From Planctomycetota bacterium (GTDB lineage Bacteria; Planctomycetota; PLA2; JAEUHO01), in contig CBDCTJ010000007.1 in NCBI GenBank assembly GCA_965222115.1, positions 1,024,001-1,088,000 of the forward strand: DNA of 64,000 bases, read 5' to 3'. Both the position numbers and the translations under genes were made by a program. Below, one piece after another: positions 1-9,754 of the stretch (position 1 is the first letter of the stretch; every line of letters starts with the position of its first letter). The notes below the pieces were generated by a model. That model was not told the origin of the DNA, ran no database searches, and saw nothing but the letters and a program-made list of their open reading frames with translations.

Positions 1-1
1 C

Positions 2-334
2 GGCGTCGCCAAACTCGTGCGGAGCATGCATGCCGCGAGAAAGCCCATTGGCGCCATTTGCATTGCACCCGCGCTGATTGCGCTCCTGCTTGGCTCCGAT
101 GCTCCCACCCTAACGATTGGTAGCGAAGCGGGTACGGCAAGTGCCCTGGAGGCGTGCGGCGCCAAGCACAAAGAATGCCCCGTCGATCAGTTTGTGGTCG
201 ACGAAATGCAGCGCATCGTGTCCACGCCGGCCTACATGCTCGGCCCGTCGATTCGACATGTGGCGACGGGAATCGAGCGTTGCGTGGACGAAGTGCTAAG
301 GCTTGTCCGTGTAACAGCGGCCTCCACATCGTAG
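2..334 (+). CDS. elbB: ElbB/ES1-family (DJ-1/PfpI superfamily) protein, 5'-truncated by the window edge
   Basis: Frame is open from position 2. KPIGAICIAP, LTIG and IVSTPAYML..I..VA.GI motifs are typical of ElbB. Confidence 0.85.
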   Translation, partial: GVAKLVRSMHAARKPIGAICIAPALIALLLGSDAPTLTIGSEAGTASALEACGAKHKECPVDQFVVDEMQRIVSTPAYMLGPSIRHVATGIERCVDEVLRLVRVTAASTS

Positions 335-441
335 CGCGTAGACACACTCGATTCGCCACGCCTTTTCAAGAGTCGCGCTCGGCTTCGCAGTAGGCTTTCG
401 CCGTCACAGACGATTCACCGATGAATCGCGAGGAGGCTGCG

Positions 442-1317
442 ATGGCCGGTCAACCCAAGTCACCTGATTCCCAGAAGCCGAGTCCGGGCGCTGCACTATC
501 CGGCGTAAAGCACATTGTTGCCGTAGGTGCGGGCAAAGGCGGTGTGGGCAAATCCACAGTCGCCGTAAATTTGGCGTTGGCGCTTAAAGAACAAGGTGCA
601 CAGGTCGGCCTGATGGACGGCGACGTCTATGGCCCGTCCATTCCCACCATGCTCAAGAATCACGACGCACCCACTGGCATGGGACCGGGTCGCATCGTGC
701 CAAATGAAGCCTACGGCCTCAAACTCATGTCGATGGGGTTCTTGCTCGATCCCGAGAAGCCCATGGTGGTTCGTGGGCCCATCGTGCATACCGTCGTTCG
801 CCAGTTCCTCACCGACGTCATGTGGGGCAAACTCGATTACTTGATCGTAGACCTACCGCCGGGAACGGGTGATGTGGCACTCAGTTTGGGGCAGTCGGCG
901 CCGCTACGTGGTGCCGTCGTCGTATCCACGCCGCAAGATGTCGCGCTCATTGACGTGCATCGCGCCGTGTCGATGTTTCAAACGCTGAAGGTACCAGTCG
1001 TTGGGATGGTCGAGAACATGTCGTGGTATCAGTGCTCGGCCTGCGGACAACGCGAAAACATCTTTGGGCACGGCGGCGCCGAGGCGTGGAGCAAGGAGCA
1101 CGAGATTCCGTTTCTGGGCGGCGTACCATTGCATGCCTCCGTTGCGGTGGGCGGCGATGAAGGCCTGCCCGCGCTGCTCGATGAACGCACACCCGATCAT
1201 GTGAAAGACGCGTTCCGCGCCTGTGCCAAGGCACTCGCCGAACAAACTGAAAAGCTTGTGTCGATAGAGCCCCCGCCGCCGCTCATTCAGATTCAAGGAC
1301 TTCCACCAAAGAAGTAG
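442..1317 (+). CDS. mrp: Mrp/NBP35 (ApbC) Fe-S cluster carrier ATPase
   Basis: GKGGVGKST Walker A, DGDVYGPSIP, DLPPGTGD, ENMS..CxxC. GAGGAGG RBS precedes ATG 442 (alternative start 421). Confidence 0.92.
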   Translation: MAGQPKSPDSQKPSPGAALSGVKHIVAVGAGKGGVGKSTVAVNLALALKEQGAQVGLMDGDVYGPSIPTMLKNHDAPTGMGPGRIVPNEAYGLKLMSMGFLLDPEKPMVVRGPIVHTVVRQFLTDVMWGKLDYLIVDLPPGTGDVALSLGQSAPLRGAVVVSTPQDVALIDVHRAVSMFQTLKVPVVGMVENMSWYQCSACGQRENIFGHGGAEAWSKEHEIPFLGGVPLHASVAVGGDEGLPALLDERTPDHVKDAFRACAKALAEQTEKLVSIEPPPPLIQIQGLPPKK

Positions 1318-1338
1318 GCGCAAACGGGAGCCGATCGC

Positions 1339-1680
1339 ATGAACGAAAGCACGCTTATTCTATTTACCAATGACGGTCTCGGTCGCGCTAAGAAAGAGTT
1401 GCGTCGCAAGGTTCTGACGCCCTACCTCAAACTCGTTCTAGAAAGCGGCAAGCTGCCCGGTGCGCTCGCGTTCTACACGCGCGGCGTCAAACTCGTTGCC
1501 GAGGGCTCGCCGGTATTGGATCTACTCGCGGAGTTCGAGAAACAGCGGGTGGCACTCATCGTGTGCAAGACGTGTGTGGATTACTTCGACCTGGGCGACA
1601 AGGTTCGCGTGGGTACCGTCGGCGGCATGGGCGACATCATCTTGGCGCAGCAACAGGCCAGCAAGGTGATTTCCGCTTGA
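1339..1680 (+). CDS. DsrE-family (YedF C-terminal-like) protein
   Basis: FYTRGVKL, VCKTCVDYF and VGGMGDI motifs. Confidence 0.8.
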   Translation: MNESTLILFTNDGLGRAKKELRRKVLTPYLKLVLESGKLPGALAFYTRGVKLVAEGSPVLDLLAEFEKQRVALIVCKTCVDYFDLGDKVRVGTVGGMGDIILAQQQASKVISA

Positions 1681-1773
1681 ACGCGGCAATCCGACTCACC
1701 GATTGTCCGGATCGCACCGCCGCGCCTCATCTGTGCTCGAATCTCAATCTGTTTCCTGACTCGTCTCCTACGG

Positions 1774-2628
1774 CTATGCATCCGTGCGACACGTCGGATC
1801 TAAGTAACTCTTGAGACGCTTACTCATAACCTCGATCGCTTCGTCTTGAACATCCATTAGCACGAATTGCCTGCCATTTCGTGCCGCTGCTTCACCCATG
1901 GATCCACTTCCCGCGAAAAAATCGAGGACGACGTCGCCTTCATTCGAATGCACGCGGATAATGCGTTCCAACACGCCTAGTGGCTTCTGCGTTGCATACC
2001 CGGTTCGTTCATGGCTGTTTGGAGCCACAATCGTGTGCCACCAAACGTCTGTGGGGGTCTTGCCTCGGGCGGCCTTCTCGGGACCTACAAGCCCAGGCGC
2101 CATGTAGGGAATGCGATCCATGGCGTTGAAATTGAAGGTGTATTCCTTTGGATTCTTCGCGTACCACAAAATGGAGTCGTGCTTCGCTGACCACCTTTTC
2201 TTGGTTCGCGCGCCATAGTCATATGCCCAGATGATCTCGTTCATGAAGGATTCACGTCCGAATATCTGATCGAGCAGCACTTTGCAGTAGTGAACTTCTC
2301 GATAGTCAATGTGAAAGAAGAGGCTCCCGTTGCTCTTCAGTACGCGATAGCCTTCTTCTAGCCGTGGCGTGAGAAATGCCATGTAGTCGTCGAACGCGTC
2401 GTCGTATCCCGACGAGCCCAATTTCTCGGTTCGATAGGTCTTGCCGCCAAACCCTACGCGATCACCATCGTCGTCTTGAATGGTCTTTAGGCGTGTTCTG
2501 ACTTGCCGTTTCCCGGTATTAAACGGAGGGTCGATGTAAATGAGATCGACGGATTCATCGTGAAGACTTGGAAGCAACTCCAGGCAATCACCCTGACGAA
2601 TGACGTTGGTGGGAATCGGTGGTGCCAT
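1774..2628 (-). CDS. Site-specific DNA methyltransferase (beta class, N6-A/N4-C), solitary
   Basis: IYIDPPF catalytic motif precedes YATQKP and VLDFFAGSGS (SAM binding). Confidence 0.92.
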   Translation of the reverse strand: MAPPIPTNVIRQGDCLELLPSLHDESVDLIYIDPPFNTGKRQVRTRLKTIQDDDGDRVGFGGKTYRTEKLGSSGYDDAFDDYMAFLTPRLEEGYRVLKSNGSLFFHIDYREVHYCKVLLDQIFGRESFMNEIIWAYDYGARTKKRWSAKHDSILWYAKNPKEYTFNFNAMDRIPYMAPGLVGPEKAARGKTPTDVWWHTIVAPNSHERTGYATQKPLGVLERIIRVHSNEGDVVLDFFAGSGSMGEAAARNGRQFVLMDVQDEAIEVMSKRLKSYLDPTCRTDA

Positions 2629-2715
2629 GATCTACACTCTATCTTCGCGTCACGACAAGATGAATCCCGACATGACGATCGACACCTCGCGACGCGCCAC
2701 GTCTTGCCAGTCGCG

Positions 2716-3270
2716 TCAGTTCATCTCCGGCGACGACAGATCGCCTTCCCCAAAGTGTTCCGGGAATACGTCCGGTGACGAGGCGCGTCGAAACGCCATG
2801 CGCCACAAATCGCCGTCGTCGACGTCAAACACGAGTTCGCGATCGGCATCTATGGTGAGCCAGGAACCGGTTTGGAGTTCGCCCTCAAGCTGGCCGCGGC
2901 CCCATCCCGCGTACCCTGCAAAGAGTCGAAGGGACTTCACGTTTCCTTTGACCAACCGAACCACGCGATCGGTGGCGAGGGTGCAGTAGAGGCCCTCGGC
3001 AATAGCGACATCCGCCTCGTGGGAGTCTCCGTGCAGGGCGACCAAAGGACCCGCCACCGGGCCGCCAGCGTGCAGCGGAAGATCGCGCGTGCACGTGCCC
3101 TCCGCTACGTGCTCCCAAATGGTGGCGAGTGACTGCGGCGTGGGTCGGTTGAGCACCACGCCGATCGCGCCGCCCGGGTCGTGTTGAATCATCAGGACCA
3201 CGGTGCGCGAGAAGTTGGGATCGGTCATGTGGGCGGGCGCGATCAGGAGTTGGCCGCCAAGCATCGACAT
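2716..3270 (-). CDS. YqgE/AlgH family protein
   Basis: DPNFSRTVVL, GVVLNRP, GGPV, FAGYAGWGRGQLEGE..GSW and terminal N. Confidence 0.92.
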   Translation of the reverse strand: MSMLGGQLLIAPAHMTDPNFSRTVVLMIQHDPGGAIGVVLNRPTPQSLATIWEHVAEGTCTRDLPLHAGGPVAGPLVALHGDSHEADVAIAEGLYCTLATDRVVRLVKGNVKSLRLFAGYAGWGRGQLEGELQTGSWLTIDADRELVFDVDDGDLWRMAFRRASSPDVFPEHFGEGDLSSPEMN

Positions 3271-3420
3271 CGCGTCCAGTCTACTCCCGGTTGGTCGGGG
3301 CGCCCCGATCGGCTAATCCACAGGATCGGCTGATGGTGAACATCCCTGATAGGAACGAGACCCGGTATAGTCCCTCAACGCCCGATGCTCTAGGTCGGAC
3401 GGTCTGCGTTGGAGGTTCAC

Positions 3421-4329
3421 GTGGCAGGTCCAAGCGGTTCGATGAGAGTTGTGCTGTTGGCACTCTTCGCCAATGCAGGTATCGCGATTGCCAAATTTGT
3501 CGTTGCCTTGATTACGAAGTCTGGATCGATGATGGCCGAGTCGATTCACAGCGCGGCCGATGCCGGCAACCAAGCGCTGCTCATCGTGGGGCACAAACGC
3601 GCGTCCAAGCCACCCGACGAGCGTCATCCGATTGGATATGGACGCGAAGCTTACTTTTGGGCACTGCTTGTTGCCGGCATGTTGTTCGTCTTGGGCGGCG
3701 CCTATTCGCTCTACGAGGGTTTTCATAAACTCTCAAATCCCCACCCGCTCAAGCATGGGTGGTGGGCGATTGGCGTGTTGACCTTTGGCATCCTGTTGGA
3801 GGGGTACAGCTTGCTAGCCGCGCTCAAAGAGCGCAAGCGCGTTGCTGGAGGTCGCTCCCTCTGGGAATGGGCAAAGACAACCGGGCGTGTCAATCTCTTG
3901 GTCGTCGTATTCGAAGATCTGGCGGCCGAACTCGGCATGGTGATTGCGATCATCGCAATCGGGCTAACCATGGCCACCGGAAATCCCGTCTTCGATGCCA
4001 TCGGGTCCCTGTGTATTGGTGTCCTGCTCCTTGGTGTTGCGATTCTCCTCGCGACACAAGTACGACGATTGATCGTGGGGTTTACCGTTCCCCAGTCGAT
4101 CCAGTCTCGGTTGCGTTATGTCTGGAAAGAACGTGGCTTCGATGTGTTGAATCTCATCGCCATCTGGAGCGGTCCTGCGGACATTGCCGTCGTGTGCAAG
4201 GTGCGTCCCCACGACATGTCCCTTGGTGTTCCGGCGCTCATGCGCACGATCAATGAGTGCGAAACAGAGATTCGAAACGAGTATCCGCATATTGTGTTGC
4301 ACTACGTGGAACCCGATTTCGTTGACTGA
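3421..4329 (+). CDS. Cation diffusion facilitator (CDF) transporter
   Basis: AESIHSAAD, HPIGYGRE, FEDLAA, ~6 TM segments, C-terminal VEPD. GGAGG RBS before GTG 3421. Confidence 0.9.
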   Translation: MAGPSGSMRVVLLALFANAGIAIAKFVVALITKSGSMMAESIHSAADAGNQALLIVGHKRASKPPDERHPIGYGREAYFWALLVAGMLFVLGGAYSLYEGFHKLSNPHPLKHGWWAIGVLTFGILLEGYSLLAALKERKRVAGGRSLWEWAKTTGRVNLLVVVFEDLAAELGMVIAIIAIGLTMATGNPVFDAIGSLCIGVLLLGVAILLATQVRRLIVGFTVPQSIQSRLRYVWKERGFDVLNLIAIWSGPADIAVVCKVRPHDMSLGVPALMRTINECETEIRNEYPHIVLHYVEPDFVD

Positions 4330-4353
4330 TGCCAAGCCCTGGGGGCGAACGTG

Positions 4354-5223
4354 ATGAGGCGCGCCTCGCTTGACCGCTTGATGCATCCCGAGCGCGGCCA
4401 TGCGTTTGAAGTCGACGTTTTGCGTGAACACGAAGGCGATGTGATAGAGGGCTATCTCGTTTGTCGTGTGACGCGTGCGGTGTGGCCTCTTGTGGCCGGG
4501 TTGGCAATTGTGACGCCCACCCTCAAAGCCTATGTTCGACAACACGCCAACGTTTTCGCGCGGCTACCCATTGCCGACCCTCGACTCACTCGCTTTCTTC
4601 TTGCGATCGAGGGGCGCGGATTTGATCGCGTGAATTTTGACGATGTCGTTTCGCAATACTGCGACCTTGCCGTCGATCCCCCGGATGGGTATCGCATTGA
4701 AATCGACGATGAGCTGCTTGCATTGGAGCGGTTGTTGGCGCGCGTCGTTCGTGGGCGACCGGCATATGGTATTGACCTTGGTTGTTCGGTGGGTCGAAGC
4801 GTGTTCATCTTGCGCACATATGTTGAGCGCGCGCTCGGTGTGGACTATGGACTTGCCGTCTTGCGACGCGCTCGAAACATTGCGCAATCGCAAGAGGACT
4901 TTTTCCTGCCAGGTTTGCCGTGTGCCGACGGCGAAGGGCGTGGACCTGAGGTGAAGCTCGACTTGGATCGGTTGGTGCGACCGCGCGTTGACTTTCTGGC
5001 TGCACAGGTCGAGCAGCTGCCCATCAAAGACGACTGTGTTGATGTTTGCGTGATCCACGCAGGTGATCAGCGCGGCGCGTGGCAACGGCCAACTGAGGTT
5101 GCATGTCACGCCCTGCGCGTCGTGCGTCGTTCCGGCATCGTGATTGCGCACAAAGATGTGCCCGTCAACGGGTCCGTTACCGATGGCGAGGGTCCATGGT
5201 GTGCGCAGGTTGTCCAATCATGA
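4354..5223 (+). CDS. Putative class I SAM-dependent methyltransferase with Trm112-like N-terminus
   Basis: IDLGCSVGR motif I, GVDY, QLPIKDDCVD. N-terminal IEGYLVC...WPLVAGL resembles Trm112. Confidence 0.65.
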   Translation: MRRASLDRLMHPERGHAFEVDVLREHEGDVIEGYLVCRVTRAVWPLVAGLAIVTPTLKAYVRQHANVFARLPIADPRLTRFLLAIEGRGFDRVNFDDVVSQYCDLAVDPPDGYRIEIDDELLALERLLARVVRGRPAYGIDLGCSVGRSVFILRTYVERALGVDYGLAVLRRARNIAQSQEDFFLPGLPCADGEGRGPEVKLDLDRLVRPRVDFLAAQVEQLPIKDDCVDVCVIHAGDQRGAWQRPTEVACHALRVVRRSGIVIAHKDVPVNGSVTDGEGPWCAQVVQS

Positions 5224-5795
5224 GTCAAATGCGGGGCGACGTTTCCATTGCGCGTCTAGCGGTTCACGCCTGCACGGGATTATTCGCGCTGTTGCTTGGT
5301 GTACTCACGCCGACTCAAGCCATCCTGTGCGCCGGGCTCGGTGTCGTAATGGGTTGGGTCGTATTTCCGTTATCGAGCATTGAGTCCAAGCTCGCTCGAA
5401 CGCACGAGGGATACTTCAACGGACTCAGAACCTACCCACTAGCGGTGTTTTTGTTGGTCGCAGCACTGCCCGCGCCCAAAGCGGCTGCGGCGTGGGCGAT
5501 TTTGGCATATGGCGATAGCGCCGCCGCGTGGGTGGGCACCCGCGTGCCGTCACCGAAACTGTTCGGACATCCAAAGGCGACGTGGGCCGGCTCTCTGGCG
5601 CTTCTCTTCGTAGGTGTGTTCACGGCACTGGGCTGTTCTGCGTTTGTTGCACACACGGGACGTCCGCCGTCCGTTTCGCTGCTCTCATGCGCTCTTGCCG
5701 CCCTTGCAGCGGTCATTGCGGACTTGCTTCCCCTGCCTATCGACGACAATCTACCGATCGCGGCTGCGGCGGGGCTTGTGCTCGGCCTCATGTAG
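5220..5795 (+). CDS. Dolichol/phytol kinase-like membrane protein (CTP_transf_1 clan)
   Basis: ATGA overlap with the upstream gene. GDSAAAWVG, KATWAGS, DDNL motifs; multiple TM segments. Confidence 0.7.
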   Translation: MSQMRGDVSIARLAVHACTGLFALLLGVLTPTQAILCAGLGVVMGWVVFPLSSIESKLARTHEGYFNGLRTYPLAVFLLVAALPAPKAAAAWAILAYGDSAAAWVGTRVPSPKLFGHPKATWAGSLALLFVGVFTALGCSAFVAHTGRPPSVSLLSCALAALAAVIADLLPLPIDDNLPIAAAAGLVLGLM

Positions 5796-5846
5796 GCCGT
5801 GCTCGCAAAGCGTGCTTGTAGAACGTGCGTGTAGGAACATCAATAC

Positions 5847-7748
5847 GTGAACGCATCGACGCGCATCAGTCTCGCCCTTCTCGCACTCGGTTTCCTCAGC
5901 ATTGTGGCGGGGCATGCGACGGCCAAAGATCCCGCACCGCCCACATGGACCTTGCCCACTGTCCGGGGCATCACGATCGACGGCAACGCGAACGAAAAGG
6001 GTTGGTCTGCGTCGGGTCTACGCATCTCGATGCCCACCGTTACTTCTTCGGCGCGGCCTGATACGGACGGGGTGCCTACGGTAGAACCGGAAGTTCGCCT
6101 TGCTACGCAAGACGGCGAGTTGCTTGTGTCGGCCATCGTCTCGGAGCCCCCGGGCACCGGAATGGGGGCGCTACTAATGGTTGCGTCAGATGACGCAAAG
6201 ACGGCAGCCGAAGCCACGTCCATCGTCTTTCGTCCGTTTGACATTCGTCATCCCACGTACACGGTGCGTTCCGCGCGCGCCATCGGCCGTGGTGCCGTCC
6301 GTGTTCGCGGCGCAACCGATCTATCAATGCGGGATCGATGGTCGCTTGAACTGTCCGTTCCGTTAGAAGACCTTGCGCGTTCCACGGTGCCGAAGAAGGC
6401 ATCCGGCGAGGAGTCCAACAAGGACAAAGGTTCGGCGATCCCAAGTACACTTCGCGTCGCGATTACGATCTCGTTGGCCACACCGAATGTGGCGAGCACT
6501 GCGCCGGACCGGGCGCGATGGCGTGGACCTGCCGCGTGGGCAATTGTGGAAGCGCCCGCATCGGGATGGCAGGCAGTATCCGCGGTCAAGGGCGAGGCGC
6601 TTCTCGAACAGGATGCCAAGGAAGACGGTTGGCGCGCGCCATGGAATGCCTACCAACTTGGCGGGACGGAGGGTCCACCCCGAGCATCCCACCGTCAGGC
6701 CATGTTGGATGCACTCGAAGAGCGTGTCGCACGGCCCTTGGACCGCGTCACCGAGTTTCGACCTGCACTTTTGCCCGTCACCGAATCGCTGCGCGGTGAC
6801 TTTCTGGAAAAAGTAGGCGAGTTTGAGCGTGCAAAGAAAGCCTATGACAAAGCGCTCGCTGTCGCGCCCGGTTGGCGCATGGCGCGCTTCGGTCGTGACG
6901 TTCGGTTGCTCGCACGTTCCCTCATCGAGGGCAGGGTCGGTGGACCCACGAGCTACACGTTGGCGTTTGAACGCATTGCGGAAACACGCAAGCGAGCCAG
7001 CGACGATCCGTGGGTGCAGAGCGGTTGCGATTTGGCCGAGGGTATTTTGCGTTCGCGGTTGGGCGACATGAAGCGAGCCGAAGAACTTCTCTCGCCGCAG
7101 CTTGCATGGTTCGGTCACGATGAGCTTGTCGTGCGTAACGCTCGGATTGCGACCGAAAAACGCACGCGCGAGCGGCTCATGAGTGAACGCGGACGCCAGC
7201 ACATGGATGCCGACAAGGAGTTTTCCCGTGTTCAAATCAACACGTCGCGCGGCAAGATTGTTGTGGAGCTCTACGAACGCGAGGCGCCCAACACAGTAAA
7301 GCACTTTCTGTGGCTCGTCGGCGCCCAGTTCTACGACGGCACCAAGGTGCATCACACGGTGCCCTTCTTCTACGCGCACCTCGGTGATCCCTTGACCCGA
7401 GACGCAAAGGATGCGTCCGCCATCGAAGACAATCCACGGATCGGAACCGGTCGTGCGAACTACACGATTCCTGATGAAAACTCGAGACGGCTTCCTTTGC
7501 GCGGGACGCTCATGCTCACGCGCGACGGACCGGGCACCGGCAGTAGCCGGTTCTTCGTTTTGACCGGCGCGGCCTTTCATCTAAGCCAGCAAATGACCGC
7601 GTTCGGGCGCGTCGTGGAAGGCATGGACGTCGTGGATCGGTTGGAGCGAGGCGACACCATCGAGTCGGTGGTCGTGCTGCGTCCGTCCAAGGCGCTTACA
7701 GGTCCTCCAAAGACAACCTCCGGTTCGCCGGCGCCCAATCCGAAGTAA
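5847..7748 (+). CDS. Secreted TPR + cyclophilin-fold protein (degenerate PPIase)
   Basis: Signal peptide; TPR-like AKKAYDKALAVAPGW; C-terminal TSRGKIVVELYEREAPNTV..F, FYDG, FGRVVEGMDVV. Confidence 0.8.
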   Translation: MNASTRISLALLALGFLSIVAGHATAKDPAPPTWTLPTVRGITIDGNANEKGWSASGLRISMPTVTSSARPDTDGVPTVEPEVRLATQDGELLVSAIVSEPPGTGMGALLMVASDDAKTAAEATSIVFRPFDIRHPTYTVRSARAIGRGAVRVRGATDLSMRDRWSLELSVPLEDLARSTVPKKASGEESNKDKGSAIPSTLRVAITISLATPNVASTAPDRARWRGPAAWAIVEAPASGWQAVSAVKGEALLEQDAKEDGWRAPWNAYQLGGTEGPPRASHRQAMLDALEERVARPLDRVTEFRPALLPVTESLRGDFLEKVGEFERAKKAYDKALAVAPGWRMARFGRDVRLLARSLIEGRVGGPTSYTLAFERIAETRKRASDDPWVQSGCDLAEGILRSRLGDMKRAEELLSPQLAWFGHDELVVRNARIATEKRTRERLMSERGRQHMDADKEFSRVQINTSRGKIVVELYEREAPNTVKHFLWLVGAQFYDGTKVHHTVPFFYAHLGDPLTRDAKDASAIEDNPRIGTGRANYTIPDENSRRLPLRGTLMLTRDGPGTGSSRFFVLTGAAFHLSQQMTAFGRVVEGMDVVDRLERGDTIESVVVLRPSKALTGPPKTTSGSPAPNPK

Positions 7749-7769
7749 CACGTTCCGAAGTAACACGTT
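7739..7769. repeat. 15-bp tandem duplication TCCGAAGTAACACGT x2, covering the stop codon
   Basis: Directly visible perfect duplication. Confidence 0.85.
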
Positions 7770-7787
7770 GGCCCCGGGCTACGCATC

Positions 7788-9662
7788 ATGAGTTTTCCAA
7801 TCCGCGACGCGCGACGGCTTTACGGCATCGATTCATGGGGCAACGGCTACTTTGGTGTCAATGCCAAGGGGCGTCTCACCGTCCATCCCATGCGCGCAAC
7901 GCATCGCGTTGATTTGTTGGAATTGATGAACTCGCTCAAGCGAAAGAAGCTCCGCTTTCCCGTGCTGCTTCGCTTTCCGCAGATTCTGGAAGACCGGGTC
8001 AAGCAGATCGCAGACGCATTTTCGGCGGCGTCCGTGGAGTTTGAGTACGACGCGGGCTATCAGGGCGTGTTTCCAATCAAAGTCAACCAACACGGAGACG
8101 TCGTGGATGCGTTGGCCCGAGCAGGCAAGAACCACAAGCTTGGGCTTGAGGCCGGCAGCAAGGCGGAGCTTCTGATCGCGCTCACGCATGATCTCGCACC
8201 TGATGCGCTCATCGTGTGCAACGGCTACAAAGATGCCGACTACATCGAGTTGGCCCTGCGCGCGCAGGCGCTTGGGCGACGAATTGTTTTGATCATTGAA
8301 AAGCCGCAGGAATTGCCGCGCATCTTGCGGGTGGCCAAGAAACTCAAGGTCACGCCCACGCTTGGCATTCGCGTGCGACTTCACGCCAAGTCGTCGGGCA
8401 AGTGGGAAGGGTCCAGCGGGAGTGCCGCCAAGTTTGGGCTCACCACCAGTGAGTTGTTGGATGCCGTACACGCACTCAAGGAAGCCAAACTACTTGATGT
8501 ATTCGAGATGCTCCACTTTCATGTGGGCAGTCAGATTACCGAAATCCGACGCATCAAAAAGGCCGTGCGTGAGGGTGCGCGGGTCTACGCCAAGCTGCGC
8601 GCCGAAGGCTGTCCGTTGCGTTACCTCGATGTGGGCGGTGGGTTGGGCGTGGACTACGACGGAAGCAACTCGTCCTACGAAGCTAGCATTAACTACACCA
8701 TTCCCGAGTACGCCAACGGCGTTGTGTATGCGGTCAAAGAAATCTGCGACGCCGAAGAGGTGCCGGTGCCCATTCTCGTGTCGGAATCGGGGCGTGCGCT
8801 TACGGCCTATCACGCGCTGTTGGTGACGGAAGCCCGCGGGCGCAATGTGTCGCAGCCGCCTCAAGACTTGGCGATTGGCTCAAACCCCCATGATGCCGTT
8901 CGCGAGCTGATTGAGATCTTTGATGGCATTACTCGTAAGAACCACCGCGAGTACTTCCACGACGCCGAAGAGATGCGTGATCAGGTGGAGCGGTTGTTTG
9001 ACCTAGGACTGTTGTCACTACGCGAACGCGCCTACTGCGAGCAGTTGATTCGCGAAATCGGATTAGCGGCGTTTGCCTATGCCAAGAGTGAGCGCGTATT
9101 GCCGGAAGAGTTTCAGCGCGTCAAGCGACGCCTTGTTGCCAAATACATCCTGAACTTCAGCGTGTTTCAGTCGGCTCCCGACAGTTGGGCGCTCGATCAG
9201 CTCTTTCCGATTCTCCCCATTCATCGCCTCAATGAACGACCCACCGTGGCCGCGACGCTTTGCGACGTGACGTGTGATAGCGACGGCGAGATCGATCGCT
9301 TCGTCGACGTGCGCGATGTGAGCGAGAGCCTGCCCTTGCATCCGCTCAAACCCGATGAACCGTACTACCTCGCGATCTGTTTGCTTGGTGCCTACCAAGA
9401 CGTGCTCGGTGACTACCACAACCTCTTTGGGCGCGTAGACGAGGCGCAGATCAAGGTCAACAAGAACGGTGCGACGCGCGTCACGAAAACCATCACGGGC
9501 GATCGCAACCGCGACGTGTTGGCGCTATTTGGTCACGACCCCGATGACATGCTTGAGCGCATTGCAGAGCGTGCAGTCGAGCTACCGAAAGACGAAGCGA
9601 AGAAGCTTGTTGATCACGCGGCGCATGTGTTGGGGCAGTACACGTATTTGGGGCGGGACTAA
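7788..9662 (+). CDS. speA: Biosynthetic arginine decarboxylase
   Basis: FPIKVNQ (PLP lysine), GLEAGSKAEL, CNGYKD, LHFHVGSQI, DVGGGLGVDYDGS, TCDSDG, LGAYQDVLGDYHNLFG. Confidence 0.97.
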   Translation: MSFPIRDARRLYGIDSWGNGYFGVNAKGRLTVHPMRATHRVDLLELMNSLKRKKLRFPVLLRFPQILEDRVKQIADAFSAASVEFEYDAGYQGVFPIKVNQHGDVVDALARAGKNHKLGLEAGSKAELLIALTHDLAPDALIVCNGYKDADYIELALRAQALGRRIVLIIEKPQELPRILRVAKKLKVTPTLGIRVRLHAKSSGKWEGSSGSAAKFGLTTSELLDAVHALKEAKLLDVFEMLHFHVGSQITEIRRIKKAVREGARVYAKLRAEGCPLRYLDVGGGLGVDYDGSNSSYEASINYTIPEYANGVVYAVKEICDAEEVPVPILVSESGRALTAYHALLVTEARGRNVSQPPQDLAIGSNPHDAVRELIEIFDGITRKNHREYFHDAEEMRDQVERLFDLGLLSLRERAYCEQLIREIGLAAFAYAKSERVLPEEFQRVKRRLVAKYILNFSVFQSAPDSWALDQLFPILPIHRLNERPTVAATLCDVTCDSDGEIDRFVDVRDVSESLPLHPLKPDEPYYLAICLLGAYQDVLGDYHNLFGRVDEAQIKVNKNGATRVTKTITGDRNRDVLALFGHDPDDMLERIAERAVELPKDEAKKLVDHAAHVLGQYTYLGRD

Positions 9663-9754
9663 GGCAGCCATGCGGGCTTGATCAACTGCTTTGGTGAGCG
9701 TAGGCTCACAGCGATTCGACCGCATGAGTACCTTCTAGCGTCAGAGGATGAGGC

